DNA from: a virus
Lineage: Duplodnaviria; Heunggongvirae; Uroviricota; Caudoviricetes
IMG/VR virus record: IMGVR_UViG_3300047160_005224
Span: 96,403-160,402 of that record
Direction: 5' to 3' (one strand)
Length of the DNA stretch: 64,000 nt
Positions 15,324 to 23,905 of this stretch are shown here, piece by piece. Each line of letters opens with the position of its first letter. Position 1 is the first letter of the stretch. The position numbers and the translations under genes were made by a program. Under the pieces are notes generated by a model. The model made no database searches and was not told the DNA's origin. It was given only the letters and a program-made list of their open reading frames with translations.

Positions 15324-16021
15324 CCCTCCATCGGAAACGGCAGATAGACTTGCGCATTCATGCGGATTTCGTTCGTGACGTTCTTTTGACGATCGGTCTG
15401 AATCGAAGCACGACCGAACCAACGCCAACCGTTCTTGCGCGCAGGAATGGCTTGATGGAAGTCGAACGAATCGAACAGGATCAACTGGCGATCCGGGACT
15501 TCGAGTACATCGACGGTTCCGTTCTTGACCATTTCCTCCAGCTCAAGATGCCACTGTCGATAGATGAGTTCGCCATCCGGGACCTGCTTCATCTTGCATG
15601 TGCCATGGATGAATTGGGTCGGTGCGACTTCAGCATTGACCAACCCCATCATATGCACTGCCTTGTACGACATGTTCTCGTAATCAGGCTGCGATGCCGT
15701 CAGGAAATGCTGGCCAGCAGGAATGGGCGGACGAGGAACATCGTCGTGGTGCCAGCCGGGAATGCCAGGATACCAACCAGGCATCAGCATGTGCACACGA
15801 CTGTCGAACACCGCATTGTCCCAGTCGACATGGCCAGGAAGATTGCCGATGAAGGACTTGGTGATCGGTCCGCCATGTTCGAAAGCAAACTTTGCGCTGG
15901 CATTGAAGAACATCGGTTCCTTCTTGATGTCTTCGTTGGGCACCTGCTCAGCAAACCTGACTGGCCTACTAGTAGAACTCATGGCATGCCAGCCGCTGTA
16001 GAAGACCTTGCCTTCCTTCAT
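15317..16021 (-). CDS. putative 2OG-Fe(II) oxygenase superfamily protein (PhyH-like)
   Basis: 234 aa. HxD-like motif GWHHDD and a C-terminal His-x10-Arg (FHQAIPARKNGWRW). Sits immediately upstream of NadV. Confidence 0.4.
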   Translation of the reverse strand: MKEGKVFYSGWHAMSSTSRPVRFAEQVPNEDIKKEPMFFNASAKFAFEHGGPITKSFIGNLPGHVDWDNAVFDSRVHMLMPGWYPGIPGWHHDDVPRPPIPAGQHFLTASQPDYENMSYKAVHMMGLVNAEVAPTQFIHGTCKMKQVPDGELIYRQWHLELEEMVKNGTVDVLEVPDRQLILFDSFDFHQAIPARKNGWRWFGRASIQTDRQKNVTNEIRMNAQVYLPFPMEGW

Positions 16022-17463
16022 ACCGAAGCCCTCTTGCGGATGTTGTCGAAGATGTCGAGGCGAACGTGGGTGTCGGTCGTGTCATGGTGATAGACCGTTT
16101 CGAGTTGATTTCGCGGAGCATCCATGCCGAGCGCGAACCACGCGCTCTTACGCATCGTGCCCCAAACATCGCCATCACGGATCACGGCGAACTGACCGCG
16201 CTTCGACTTCTTGCCTTTGTCGGTCACCGGATCCTTGTAGATGTCGACTTCCTTGCCATTCACGATGCCCCAACTTGCCTTCATCGCCCACTTGAAGGTG
16301 TCACGATTGACTTGCTGGAGCAAACCGCCGCCCATGCCGAAGGCAAGGCAGTCCATCGAGAAGCCACGATTGAGCAAGTTGTCGATGATTTTGGGAATCG
16401 ATGTAACATTGATGCCGTCGCCCTGGATCACGCCGACATACGGCGGAAGGACCTTGTAGCCCTTGTCGTTGATCAGCTTCTCAGGAGTCAGATCCCAAAG
16501 CATCTCGACGATGTCGATCGGAACTACCAACGGATCGCCGCTGTCGGGGCGGATGACGACCTTGCATCCCTTCGCCTTGACTTGTTCCAGAAGACCGGTG
16601 CCGACCCAGAGGTTTCGCACGGCATTGTAGATGTCGTAGGCGTCCGATACCACAGCAAAGATCTTGCCAGGCTCGGTGGCGTACGCATCGATCATTGCCT
16701 GGAAGGCTTCACGTTCGCCTTCCTTGCCGCGGATCGTCATGGTGCTGTGCTCTGCGGCAGGAATCGAGAAGCCGCAGACGTCAGCGTTGTAGTAGTGCAT
16801 GGCAGCAGCGATGCCGGCGATGGTGTCCGAGCCCATGAAATTGATCAGATGGGCAGCACCACCAAGCTGTGCCGACTCATCGCTCGAGACGCCGCGATAA
16901 CCGAAGTCGTGTAGCTTGAACGTGACGCTTGCGGGATCACCAGAACGATCCAGAGCATCAAGGATGTATTCCTTGCAAGTGCGCGAAATCGTGGCGACGG
17001 TCGAACCATACCAGACGCTGCTCAGGATTGCCGGCTCGAAATACGAAGTGAGCCATGCGCACTTGTCGTCGGTGTTGACGATTTGGACCATCGGAGTGCC
17101 GATCGGGACAGGCGTGCCTTCCGGAATGGCTTCGATGTGAAGCGGAAGGAAGCCCTGGTGATGATTGACGATGTACAGCCAGCCATCGAGATTGAACGGC
17201 TCGCCATGAACCTTGGCGAACGCTGCCGCCTCGTTGACTTCTTCGACGGTGATTGGCTGTAACAGGAAGTCCTTGACGAACTTCTGAAGACCGAACATGA
17301 CGACATGTTCGACACCTTGGATGGTCGAGCCACGCGCTTCGATGTACGACGAGATGTACTTGGTACCTTTGGGATACTGCGCGAAATGGCTGAGCTTGTA
17401 GCTGTCCGTCTTCAGGAGACGGTTATTGAGAATCGACATCAGAAACTCCTTCTTGATGGTCAT
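16018..17463 (-). CDS. nadV: nicotinamide phosphoribosyltransferase (NAMPT/NadV family)
   Basis: ~480 aa with the conserved NAMPT N-terminus LLKTDSYKLSHF. PRTase type II length and composition. Confidence 0.75.
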   Translation of the reverse strand: MTIKKEFLMSILNNRLLKTDSYKLSHFAQYPKGTKYISSYIEARGSTIQGVEHVVMFGLQKFVKDFLLQPITVEEVNEAAAFAKVHGEPFNLDGWLYIVNHHQGFLPLHIEAIPEGTPVPIGTPMVQIVNTDDKCAWLTSYFEPAILSSVWYGSTVATISRTCKEYILDALDRSGDPASVTFKLHDFGYRGVSSDESAQLGGAAHLINFMGSDTIAGIAAAMHYYNADVCGFSIPAAEHSTMTIRGKEGEREAFQAMIDAYATEPGKIFAVVSDAYDIYNAVRNLWVGTGLLEQVKAKGCKVVIRPDSGDPLVVPIDIVEMLWDLTPEKLINDKGYKVLPPYVGVIQGDGINVTSIPKIIDNLLNRGFSMDCLAFGMGGGLLQQVNRDTFKWAMKASWGIVNGKEVDIYKDPVTDKGKKSKRGQFAVIRDGDVWGTMRKSAWFALGMDAPRNQLETVYHHDTTDTHVRLDIFDNIRKRASV

Positions 17464-17508
17464 TGGCAGGGAGGCATCTGTTGCCTCCACAGAGTAGATA
17501 GGAGAAGT

Positions 17509-17991
17509 TTAGTCCTTCAGCAGCGGACCAAACACTACATCGCCGGTCAGTTTACGGAACGCCAGCTTCGAGACAATGGACTTGCGTTTCCGCTCGCGCT
17601 CAGAGGCATCCCAATCCTTGCGGAGAGCAGCTTGCTCGATCCGAACATTGATGTGGGCATAGACTTCGAGCATGATGGACACAACTTCCGGATCATCTTC
17701 GCATTGGAAGTAACCATCAAAGAGATTGCCGGAAACTTCCGAGCCGAGTTTGATTTCCTCGTCACCGATCATGTATGTCACACGAACGGAGTTGTATCCA
17801 AATCCACGTTCGAGATAGACCTTGAGAGGACCGCCCGTTGCGGGAATGCTGAACGACAGAGTCCACTCACGATCACGGACCTGACGAGCAGATGGAGCAT
17901 GCCAAGTAAGATGGCGGATAGCTCCTTCCATCATCTTGTCGAACGCCTGCCAGCGTTCACGAATTCTGCGACGCTTCTTGAAGCCAAACAT
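17509..17991 (-). CDS. hypothetical protein (160 aa)
   Basis: Minus ORF. Confidence 0.5.
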   Translation of the reverse strand: MFGFKKRRRIRERWQAFDKMMEGAIRHLTWHAPSARQVRDREWTLSFSIPATGGPLKVYLERGFGYNSVRVTYMIGDEEIKLGSEVSGNLFDGYFQCEDDPEVVSIMLEVYAHINVRIEQAALRKDWDASERERKRKSIVSKLAFRKLTGDVVFGPLLKD

Positions 17992-18443
17992 CAGTAGGTC
18001 TCCGCTTCGCGTTCGATGAGATCGGCAAGCGCGCCGAAATCGAGATTGTAGGTGTCGTTGAGTTCAGAAAGCTCATACTTCCTGGGAAATTTGTCTTCGG
18101 CCGAGGCACCACGCACTCCTTCATCAACTTCTGATGTCAGAGCGTGCACACTCAAAGAGTACCCAACACCATCGTTCCATTGCTGGGACGCTTCCGGAAG
18201 TTCAATACCGTGATCACGATACCAACCCAACGTTGGCAGTGAGCAAGGCTCACTGATGCCGATTGGGGAATTGTATTCGACTTTACCGTCAGCAACCATC
18301 TGCAGGACGCCAAGACAGCAGTAACCGACTTCTCCATCAGGACGTTTTGCTTGGAGGAAATGGCATGCTTGGTTGTATCGTTCCGAGCACAGAGCTTCGA
18401 CCCACTTGGTCAACAGCTCTTTGGGCATTTTGAACAAGCTCAT
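17991..18443 (-). CDS. paralog family member 1 (150 aa; WVEALCSERYNQ...CCLGVLQMVADGK...LNDTYNLDFGALADLIE)
   Basis: Shares N- and C-terminal motifs with five downstream paralogs. Confidence 0.6.
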   Translation of the reverse strand: MSLFKMPKELLTKWVEALCSERYNQACHFLQAKRPDGEVGYCCLGVLQMVADGKVEYNSPIGISEPCSLPTLGWYRDHGIELPEASQQWNDGVGYSLSVHALTSEVDEGVRGASAEDKFPRKYELSELNDTYNLDFGALADLIEREAETY

Positions 18444-18676
18444 GATTCGGTTGCCTTGGTGACAAAGTTATGAACGGTTTCTGACAGTTCGTTCTCGCCC
18501 ATATATCCTAACTTAGACGAAAGCCAATCCATATCAGCCTTCGATACAACCACGAACTCTTCTTCCCAGTTGGTGATCTTTGGAAAGTGAAGGATCGTAC
18601 TTGCCGGAACGGTGCTTGGCAGAAAGACTGCGACCGTGAATCCATTACCAGGAAATGTTCCGACTTCGATCTTCAT
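18440..18676 (-). CDS. hypothetical protein (78 aa), inserted between paralogs
   Basis: Minus ORF. Confidence 0.45.
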   Translation of the reverse strand: MKIEVGTFPGNGFTVAVFLPSTVPASTILHFPKITNWEEEFVVVSKADMDWLSSKLGYMGENELSETVHNFVTKATES

Positions 18677-19131
18677 CAGACACCTTCCACGTACTTCTCG
18701 ACGAGATTGGCGATCTCCACGAACGAGAGACCTACTTCGTCGTTCAGTGCCGAAAGCGAATAACGACCGCCAATCATGTCAACGATGCTGGCGCGTCCAG
18801 TCGGAAGATTGAATGCCTTGATATCAGACAAAGAGACTTCAATCACGATCGGAATTTCATCACACGCCATCATTCCGGCACTGTATTCAAAACCAGGATC
18901 CGGTTCGATGTTGTGCTCTTCATACCAGCGAATGATTGGAAGCGCTGGGCGAGGATTGCCTTCGCTGTCGTCGATCTTGCCATCAGCAACCATCTGCAGG
19001 ACGCCGAGGCAGCAATAGCTGTGTTCACCGGAAGAATCGGTATCCCTCATCGTTCCAGTGCATTGCTTGTATTCGCCAGAACGAAGCGCGGCAATCCAGT
19101 TGTTCTTGAGTTCAGCAGGCATCTTCGACAT
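18676..19131 (-). CDS. paralog family member 2 (151 aa)
   Basis: Motifs WIAALRSGEYKQ, CCLGVLQMVADGK and C-terminal LNDEVGLSFVEIANLVE. Confidence 0.6.
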   Translation of the reverse strand: MSKMPAELKNNWIAALRSGEYKQCTGTMRDTDSSGEHSYCCLGVLQMVADGKIDDSEGNPRPALPIIRWYEEHNIEPDPGFEYSAGMMACDEIPIVIEVSLSDIKAFNLPTGRASIVDMIGGRYSLSALNDEVGLSFVEIANLVEKYVEGV

Positions 19132-19136
19132 GGCGA

Positions 19137-19613
19137 TTAGTCCGTTACTTCGATATTGGGTTCGAGGATATCAGCGATGTGAGCAAAATCGCACTGATAT
19201 TCGTCGTTCAGGATAGGAACGCGAATTGTCCTGATCGCAGATTCGCTTTCCGTCTCGACAATAGCACTCACCAATGGATTGGTGTTTACTATAGCTGCAA
19301 CGGACGCACCCGAGAACGAAATCCCATGTTTGATGAGCCAGTCAGAGCTTGGCAGACCAAGAGAATCACCATCGGGAAAGTGTTCGACTTGGCCATCCAC
19401 GACCATCTGCAGGACGCCGAGGCAGCAGAACTTTCCTTCATTGGTCATCAACTGACCGATGCCCTTTTGGAATTGACCAGAACGAAGACCTTCCAGCCAT
19501 TTCTCTTTGATGATGCGCGGCATACGCATCGTGCATTCGACAGGAGTCTTGACAGGATTGATCACCATGTCGGAGTCGATATGGCAGACGTCGGCAACTT
19601 CGATCTTGTTCAT
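19137..19613 (-). CDS. paralog family member 3 (~159 aa from MNKIEV; ORF extends to 19886)
   Basis: Motifs WLEGLRSGQFQKG, CCLGVLQMVVDGQ and C-terminal LNDEYQCDFAHIADILE. Confidence 0.55.
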   Translation of the reverse strand: MNKIEVADVCHIDSDMVINPVKTPVECTMRMPRIIKEKWLEGLRSGQFQKGIGQLMTNEGKFCCLGVLQMVVDGQVEHFPDGDSLGLPSSDWLIKHGISFSGASVAAIVNTNPLVSAIVETESESAIRTIRVPILNDEYQCDFAHIADILEPNIEVTD

Positions 19614-19623
19614 GACTGATTCC

Positions 19624-20061
19624 TCAGGTGCTCTCGATGGATGCTTCGAGGAAGTCCGCCATTTGCTCGAACGACGCGCCAGCATCGTTGACATGAGCAG
19701 CATTGAACATCCCTTCGTAGCCAGTTCGCTCTTCACGAAGGAACAGCATTGGTGCGCGAAGTGTGCCGTTTGCCAAGTCGCCGGATTGGCGCTGAAACAG
19801 AATGTTGTGTTCCTGCAACCATTCGACAGATGGAAAACTGGCGAATTTGGGCTCGAAGGCCAACGCATCATCCTCGACGCGACCACTCACCACCATCTCG
19901 AGAACACCCAAACAGCAGTAACCGCCCCTGCCGTCACACAAAGAACCGAAGCCCTGTTGATATTCACCAGAACGGAGAGCGCTCAACCACTTTTCCTTGA
20001 TTTCAGCAGGCATCGTGATGCTCTTGCGACCAACAGCAGTGTAACTTTCCATCGACATGAC
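19624..20061 (-). CDS. paralog family member 4 (~146 aa from MSMESY; ORF extends to 20349)
   Basis: Motifs WLSALRSGEYQQG, CCLGVLEMVVSGR and C-terminal VNDAGASFEQMADFLE. Confidence 0.55.
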   Translation of the reverse strand, partial: VMSMESYTAVGRKSITMPAEIKEKWLSALRSGEYQQGFGSLCDGRGGYCCLGVLEMVVSGRVEDDALAFEPKFASFPSVEWLQEHNILFQRQSGDLANGTLRAPMLFLREERTGYEGMFNAAHVNDAGASFEQMADFLEASIEST

Positions 20062-20068
20062 TTGTTCC

Positions 20069-20524
20069 TCAGATGATTTCGATTGCCGTTTCCAGGATAT
20101 CAGCAATCTCCAGGAAGTCATAGCCGTCGTCGTTGAGAGCAGTGACATTGACAACCGTACTGCAACGTGTTCCGGAGATATTTTCCTGCATGCGAATGAA
20201 CGGTGAGCGGCGGTATTCGGAGTCCACCCACAGCTCCTGACCAACAGGCATCGGATACATGAACTTGATGTTGTTCGCGTCCAGCCATGCCATGGTAGGA
20301 ACCCTTTCGTAGTTGCCGGGATGCAGTGCTTCACGTTCGCACTTGCCACTCACCACCATCTGCAGAACGCCCAGGCAACAATATCCACCATTGCCATCAC
20401 ACAAAGCTTTCCTGCCTTGCTGGTATTCACCAGAACGGAGAGCGCTCAACCACTTTTCCTTGATCTCTGCGGACATGAAAACGCTCTTGATGCCGAGGGT
20501 GTCGCTCTTTGTCAGATGACTCAT
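20069..20524 (-). CDS. paralog family member 5 (151 aa)
   Basis: Motifs WLSALRSGEYQQG, CCLGVLQMVVSGK and C-terminal LNDDGYDFLEIADILE. Confidence 0.6.
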   Translation of the reverse strand: MSHLTKSDTLGIKSVFMSAEIKEKWLSALRSGEYQQGRKALCDGNGGYCCLGVLQMVVSGKCEREALHPGNYERVPTMAWLDANNIKFMYPMPVGQELWVDSEYRRSPFIRMQENISGTRCSTVVNVTALNDDGYDFLEIADILETAIEII

Positions 20525-20534
20525 GACCGGTTCC

Positions 20535-21029
20535 TCAGTAGGTCTGGATCAGCGGCTCGAGAAAGTCAGCGATTTCCTCGAACGTGCAGCCGTTGTCGTT
20601 GAGCGAAGCGGCGGATTCGCAGGTTTCCGTCGGAGGAAGCTTGATGAGATTGCCCTCGTCATCTTCTTCCGTGGGTTCGAGTTCCGTGACGTAGATCGTC
20701 GGAACGGTGACGGCATAGCCAAGATGGTCGAAGAACTTGATGCCGTTTGCAGTCAACCACTCCATCGGAGGAACGGCGTCGCAAAGCGGGTTGCCTTGCA
20801 TATCGAATTCGCCGTCCGCTGCGCCGTGCGAAACTTCGCCGCTGACCACTTCCTGCAGGACGCCGAGACAGCAGTAGCTGGCATTGCCATCAGCATCGAA
20901 TCGCTTGAGTCGACCACTGCACTGCTGGAATTCGCCGGAGCGAAGTGCTGCCATCCACTTCTCCTTGATGGCTTCCGGCATGGTGGCAACAAACGGCAGG
21001 TGGGGCTGCGGACGGGCTTCGTACTTGGA
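20535..21029 (-). CDS. paralog family member 6 (~165 aa; ORF extends to 21086)
   Basis: Motifs WMAALRSGEFQQC, CCLGVLQEVVSGE and C-terminal LNDNGCTFEEIADFLE. Confidence 0.55.
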   Translation of the reverse strand, partial: SKYEARPQPHLPFVATMPEAIKEKWMAALRSGEFQQCSGRLKRFDADGNASYCCLGVLQEVVSGEVSHGAADGEFDMQGNPLCDAVPPMEWLTANGIKFFDHLGYAVTVPTIYVTELEPTEEDDEGNLIKLPPTETCESAASLNDNGCTFEEIADFLEPLIQTY

Positions 21030-21133
21030 CATGGGAATTCTCACGATTGGAGCAGCAGGGATTGCCACTCTTCTATTCATACTCACAGTGACTGATTATA
21101 GTCAGTCGACTGACCAAAGAAACGGTTGATGAC

Positions 21134-21469
21134 TCAACGATGGGACTGGTTGTCTTCGTCGCCGGTCAGTTTGTCGATGATGCTGTGGTAGGAAGTCTGC
21201 ATTGCGTGCAGATAGACCAGGCGAGCACAGATGCTCTTGAGGTAGATGCGACAGAACAGGAGCATGACGTCATCCTGCTCCGGAACCAAGTCCGCGATGC
21301 TGGTGGTGAACACCGGATGATCAATCACCACCTCGTAGCTCTTCTCGTCGAACAACGGCGTCAGCCGGCGAACCGTCACGGTATGCTCGGTTTGAGCGAT
21401 GATCTCGAAGATGTGGTACTCATGACCAAAGAGGCGACAGAGCTTGGTCTTCATGACACTTTCCTTCAC
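21134..21469 (-). CDS. hypothetical protein (111 aa)
   Basis: Minus ORF. Confidence 0.5.
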   Translation of the reverse strand: MKESVMKTKLCRLFGHEYHIFEIIAQTEHTVTVRRLTPLFDEKSYEVVIDHPVFTTSIADLVPEQDDVMLLFCRIYLKSICARLVYLHAMQTSYHSIIDKLTGDEDNQSHR

Positions 21470-21936
21470 TGTTCGTAACTGCGGAGTGGGACACGGAGAG
21501 CCGCCATGACCGAAGACTCGAACGCTCGCATGCCAGCAGCGTCGAATCGTTGGGCATGGCGCTGGTATTCACGGCGAAGCGGAAGCAGAGCGCGCTCGAG
21601 TTCATCGACCTTGGTCGCGTCGGTCTGCATCTTCTGCGCGGCGATCTCGGCCAAGGATTCCTGCTCGCGAGCAGCCCAGGCGAGGCGATCAGCTTCGTGT
21701 TCCCAGGTGCGGATCCAGCGAACCTTCTGAAGATTGATCACGCTGGTATCGGTGAACTGGGCGCCAGTGTAGACCTGGCCACAGCGAATCTTGACCTTCT
21801 TCGATTCGAACAGCCATTCGCGGCTTTCGCACTTGCCATCCGCATCGAGAGTCCGCAGAGAGACACCCTTCTTGAAACCCTTGAGGACGACGTAACCGGT
21901 GCAGACGAAATCCTTGGCGATGCCTTCAGTGCTCAT
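21466..21936 (-). CDS. hypothetical protein (156 aa)
   Basis: Minus ORF with ATGA overlap. Confidence 0.5.
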   Translation of the reverse strand: MSTEGIAKDFVCTGYVVLKGFKKGVSLRTLDADGKCESREWLFESKKVKIRCGQVYTGAQFTDTSVINLQKVRWIRTWEHEADRLAWAAREQESLAEIAAQKMQTDATKVDELERALLPLRREYQRHAQRFDAAGMRAFESSVMAALRVPLRSYEQ

Positions 21937-22265
21937 ATGTTTGCCTCAGTCTTTGCTAGACGGCGACGCAGACCACGTTCCGAATCTGCGACAGGAAAGG
22001 GTTGCCAACAAACAGGAGTGATGGCGAGCGGCTTCCATCGCACAGGCAGTGGACCTTCAGAAGGATGCCACCGTGCCACATCGATGCCCCACCAGTCGCC
22101 CAGGCGGTCATTGGGATTGATGTTCTCCGCGCGGTGCGCCATCCAGCATGCCGGCATGACGTTCCAGTGCTCGCCATTCGGCGTCTCGGTCACCAGGATC
22201 ATCGTGCCGTCTTTGGGCGCGCTGGTCATTGGCAACCACTTCGAGCGCTTTCTCTTAGCGGCCAT
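21933..22265 (-). CDS. hypothetical protein (~110 aa, Trp-rich)
   Basis: Minus ORF, N-terminus trimmed. Confidence 0.45.
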   Translation of the reverse strand: MAAKRKRSKWLPMTSAPKDGTMILVTETPNGEHWNVMPACWMAHRAENINPNDRLGDWWGIDVARWHPSEGPLPVRWKPLAITPVCWQPFPVADSERGLRRRLAKTEANI

Positions 22266-22485
22266 CACTTTTCTCCATGTAGCGGCGAGCCGCATACTCA
22301 AGATAACTCGCCGCAATCAACAACTCGACTTCCTTACTATGGTCGAGACCCAGATAGGCGAGACCGAGACAATGCCAACCGACATCTGCTTCGTCCTCGG
22401 TGGCGGTCTGAAGCGACTTCGTGAACTGAGCAGTCAGCTTCTTGAAGCCTTCCAGGTCGACTTTGATGGTGGGTCCGTCGGACAT
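22255..22485 (-). CDS. hypothetical protein (76 aa)
   Basis: Minus ORF. Confidence 0.4.
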   Translation of the reverse strand: MSDGPTIKVDLEGFKKLTAQFTKSLQTATEDEADVGWHCLGLAYLGLDHSKEVELLIAASYLEYAARRYMEKSDGR

Positions 22486-22486
22486 G

Positions 22487-22843
22487 TCACTTCACCAGGT
22501 AATAGTTGGCGAGGAAGTCGAGATGTTCTTCCGTCTTCTCGACTTGTTGTTTGGCTTCTTGCAACATCTTGACACGGCGATTGTACCAGGTCTTGTTGAT
22601 CGGCGCCAACGAGCATTCCGACACCAACGCATACTTGGTACCATCCGGTCCCTTGGTCTTACCAAGGCGCGAAGTGGTTTTGAGAACCGCGCCACTCCAG
22701 CCATCGAGCCAGTAGACCTTGTAGTAGGTGTCGTTGACTTCCTTGACCTGGCACGCTTCCCACGTTCCAGTCCGAGAATTCTTCCGGCGAAGCGCCAAAT
22801 ACCACTGGCCGACCGTCACGTACTCCGGGATCATGCTCTTCAT
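22487..22843 (-). CDS. hypothetical protein (118 aa)
   Basis: Minus ORF. Confidence 0.5.
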   Translation of the reverse strand: MKSMIPEYVTVGQWYLALRRKNSRTGTWEACQVKEVNDTYYKVYWLDGWSGAVLKTTSRLGKTKGPDGTKYALVSECSLAPINKTWYNRRVKMLQEAKQQVEKTEEHLDFLANYYLVK

Positions 22844-23376
22844 TAGAAGCTCTCCGAGAAGACCTTGGTGGTGCCGCGACCGTTCTGGTACAGCACACGC
22901 CCGCCAGTGACCAGATATCCAGCGCCATCCTTGTAGTCACCGTCCGAGAAGGTACGCGGATCCACAACCACACGACTGCCCGGGGCATTGCCCACCACCG
23001 CATGATCGATGTCGGTCGCGGTGTACCAGCGATAGTTCGGGTGGACGTGAATCGACTCGCCGACCCACTTGTAACCTTCGACCACGGCGCCTTCAGGAGT
23101 GGCACAGAATCCATGGGCGTGGACCGTGACCAGGACAACGGACATGTTTCCGGCTTCGTTCGCAGCCAACTGGCCGCATGCCTCGAAGCGAGAGTCGTGA
23201 ATCCACTTATCGAGGATCACGGCGACGCGGTCAATGAACTGAACCTTGGTTTCACCCGGGTTCTGCACGACCTGCTGGATGAACTCCATGCGGACGGTCG
23301 GAACATCATCGGCGCGAGCAAAGCCCGACACCATACCCAGAGCGAAAGCAGCAGCGGCGAACAAGAAGCGTTTCAT
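22843..23376 (-). CDS. secreted hypothetical protein (177 aa, N-terminal signal peptide)
   Basis: N-terminus MKRFLFAAAAFALGMVSGFARA looks like a Sec signal. Confidence 0.5.
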   Translation of the reverse strand: MKRFLFAAAAFALGMVSGFARADDVPTVRMEFIQQVVQNPGETKVQFIDRVAVILDKWIHDSRFEACGQLAANEAGNMSVVLVTVHAHGFCATPEGAVVEGYKWVGESIHVHPNYRWYTATDIDHAVVGNAPGSRVVVDPRTFSDGDYKDGAGYLVTGGRVLYQNGRGTTKVFSESF

Positions 23377-23392
23377 GACGAAAATCCTTGGT

Positions 23393-23500
23393 CAATAGAA
23401 GAGAAGAGCGGCACCAAGCATCACGACCAGATAGATCGCAAAGTCGATCCAGGTGCCTTCGGCATAGAACCAGTTGTGGAACGGATCGTGGATACGCATC
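23393..23500 (-). CDS. small membrane peptide (~35 aa; MRIHDPFHNWFYAEGTWIDFAIYLVVMLGAALLFY)
   Basis: Sub-threshold minus ORF between genes. Confidence 0.25.
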
Positions 23501-23690
23501 ACACAATTTCCACGACTTCGCGAACCTTCATACGCTCATCCACCGGCAGGCGATCGAGAGCATCCAGCGGATCGAGACCCTTGACCGGCATCTCGGAACC
23601 ATCGTGGAGCCAAGCCCGGAACCAGCGCTGGCGCTTACGCGGCAGGCGAGAAACGGAGGAGGTAGCGCGAGCGGTCGAGCGAGATTTCAT
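23499..23690 (-). CDS. hypothetical basic protein (63 aa)
   Basis: Minus ORF with RBS AAAGAGG. A hairpin and the promoter cassette lie upstream. Confidence 0.45.
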   Translation of the reverse strand: MKSRSTARATSSVSRLPRKRQRWFRAWLHDGSEMPVKGLDPLDALDRLPVDERMKVREVVEIV

Positions 23691-23730
23691 TGGTTTAGCC
23701 TCTTTGGTTTATCGAAGCGGGCTTCCCCGC

Positions 23731-23860
23731 TACAGTTACAATCATACGCCCGTTCTTTGGGAAGTCAAGAACTAAAATGCCTGCCGCGTCAATGACTTAC
23801 ACGCTTTTCAACGAGTCAATGTAAGTCACTGATTTGGCAGGCAACGTAAGTCATTGATTC
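23731..23860 (-). promoter_or_regulatory. sigma70-like promoter (TTGACT-N16-TATGAT) with three copies of the AATCA(A/G)TGACTTAC motif
   Basis: Motifs at 23788-23800 (direct), 23821-23834 and 23845-23860 (inverted). -10 at 23741-23746 and -35 at 23764-23769 in minus orientation. Confidence 0.5.
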
Positions 23861-23905
23861 CACTTGGAAACAGGGCTTAACGGAAATTTAACGATTTCTT
23901 AACGT

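Noticed and set aside
15302-17997. Plus-strand ORFs 15302-16090, 16066-16914 and 17305-17997
   Set aside because: They overlap the NAMPT gene and neighbours on the opposite strand; composition is Arg/His/Asp-rich and non-protein-like.
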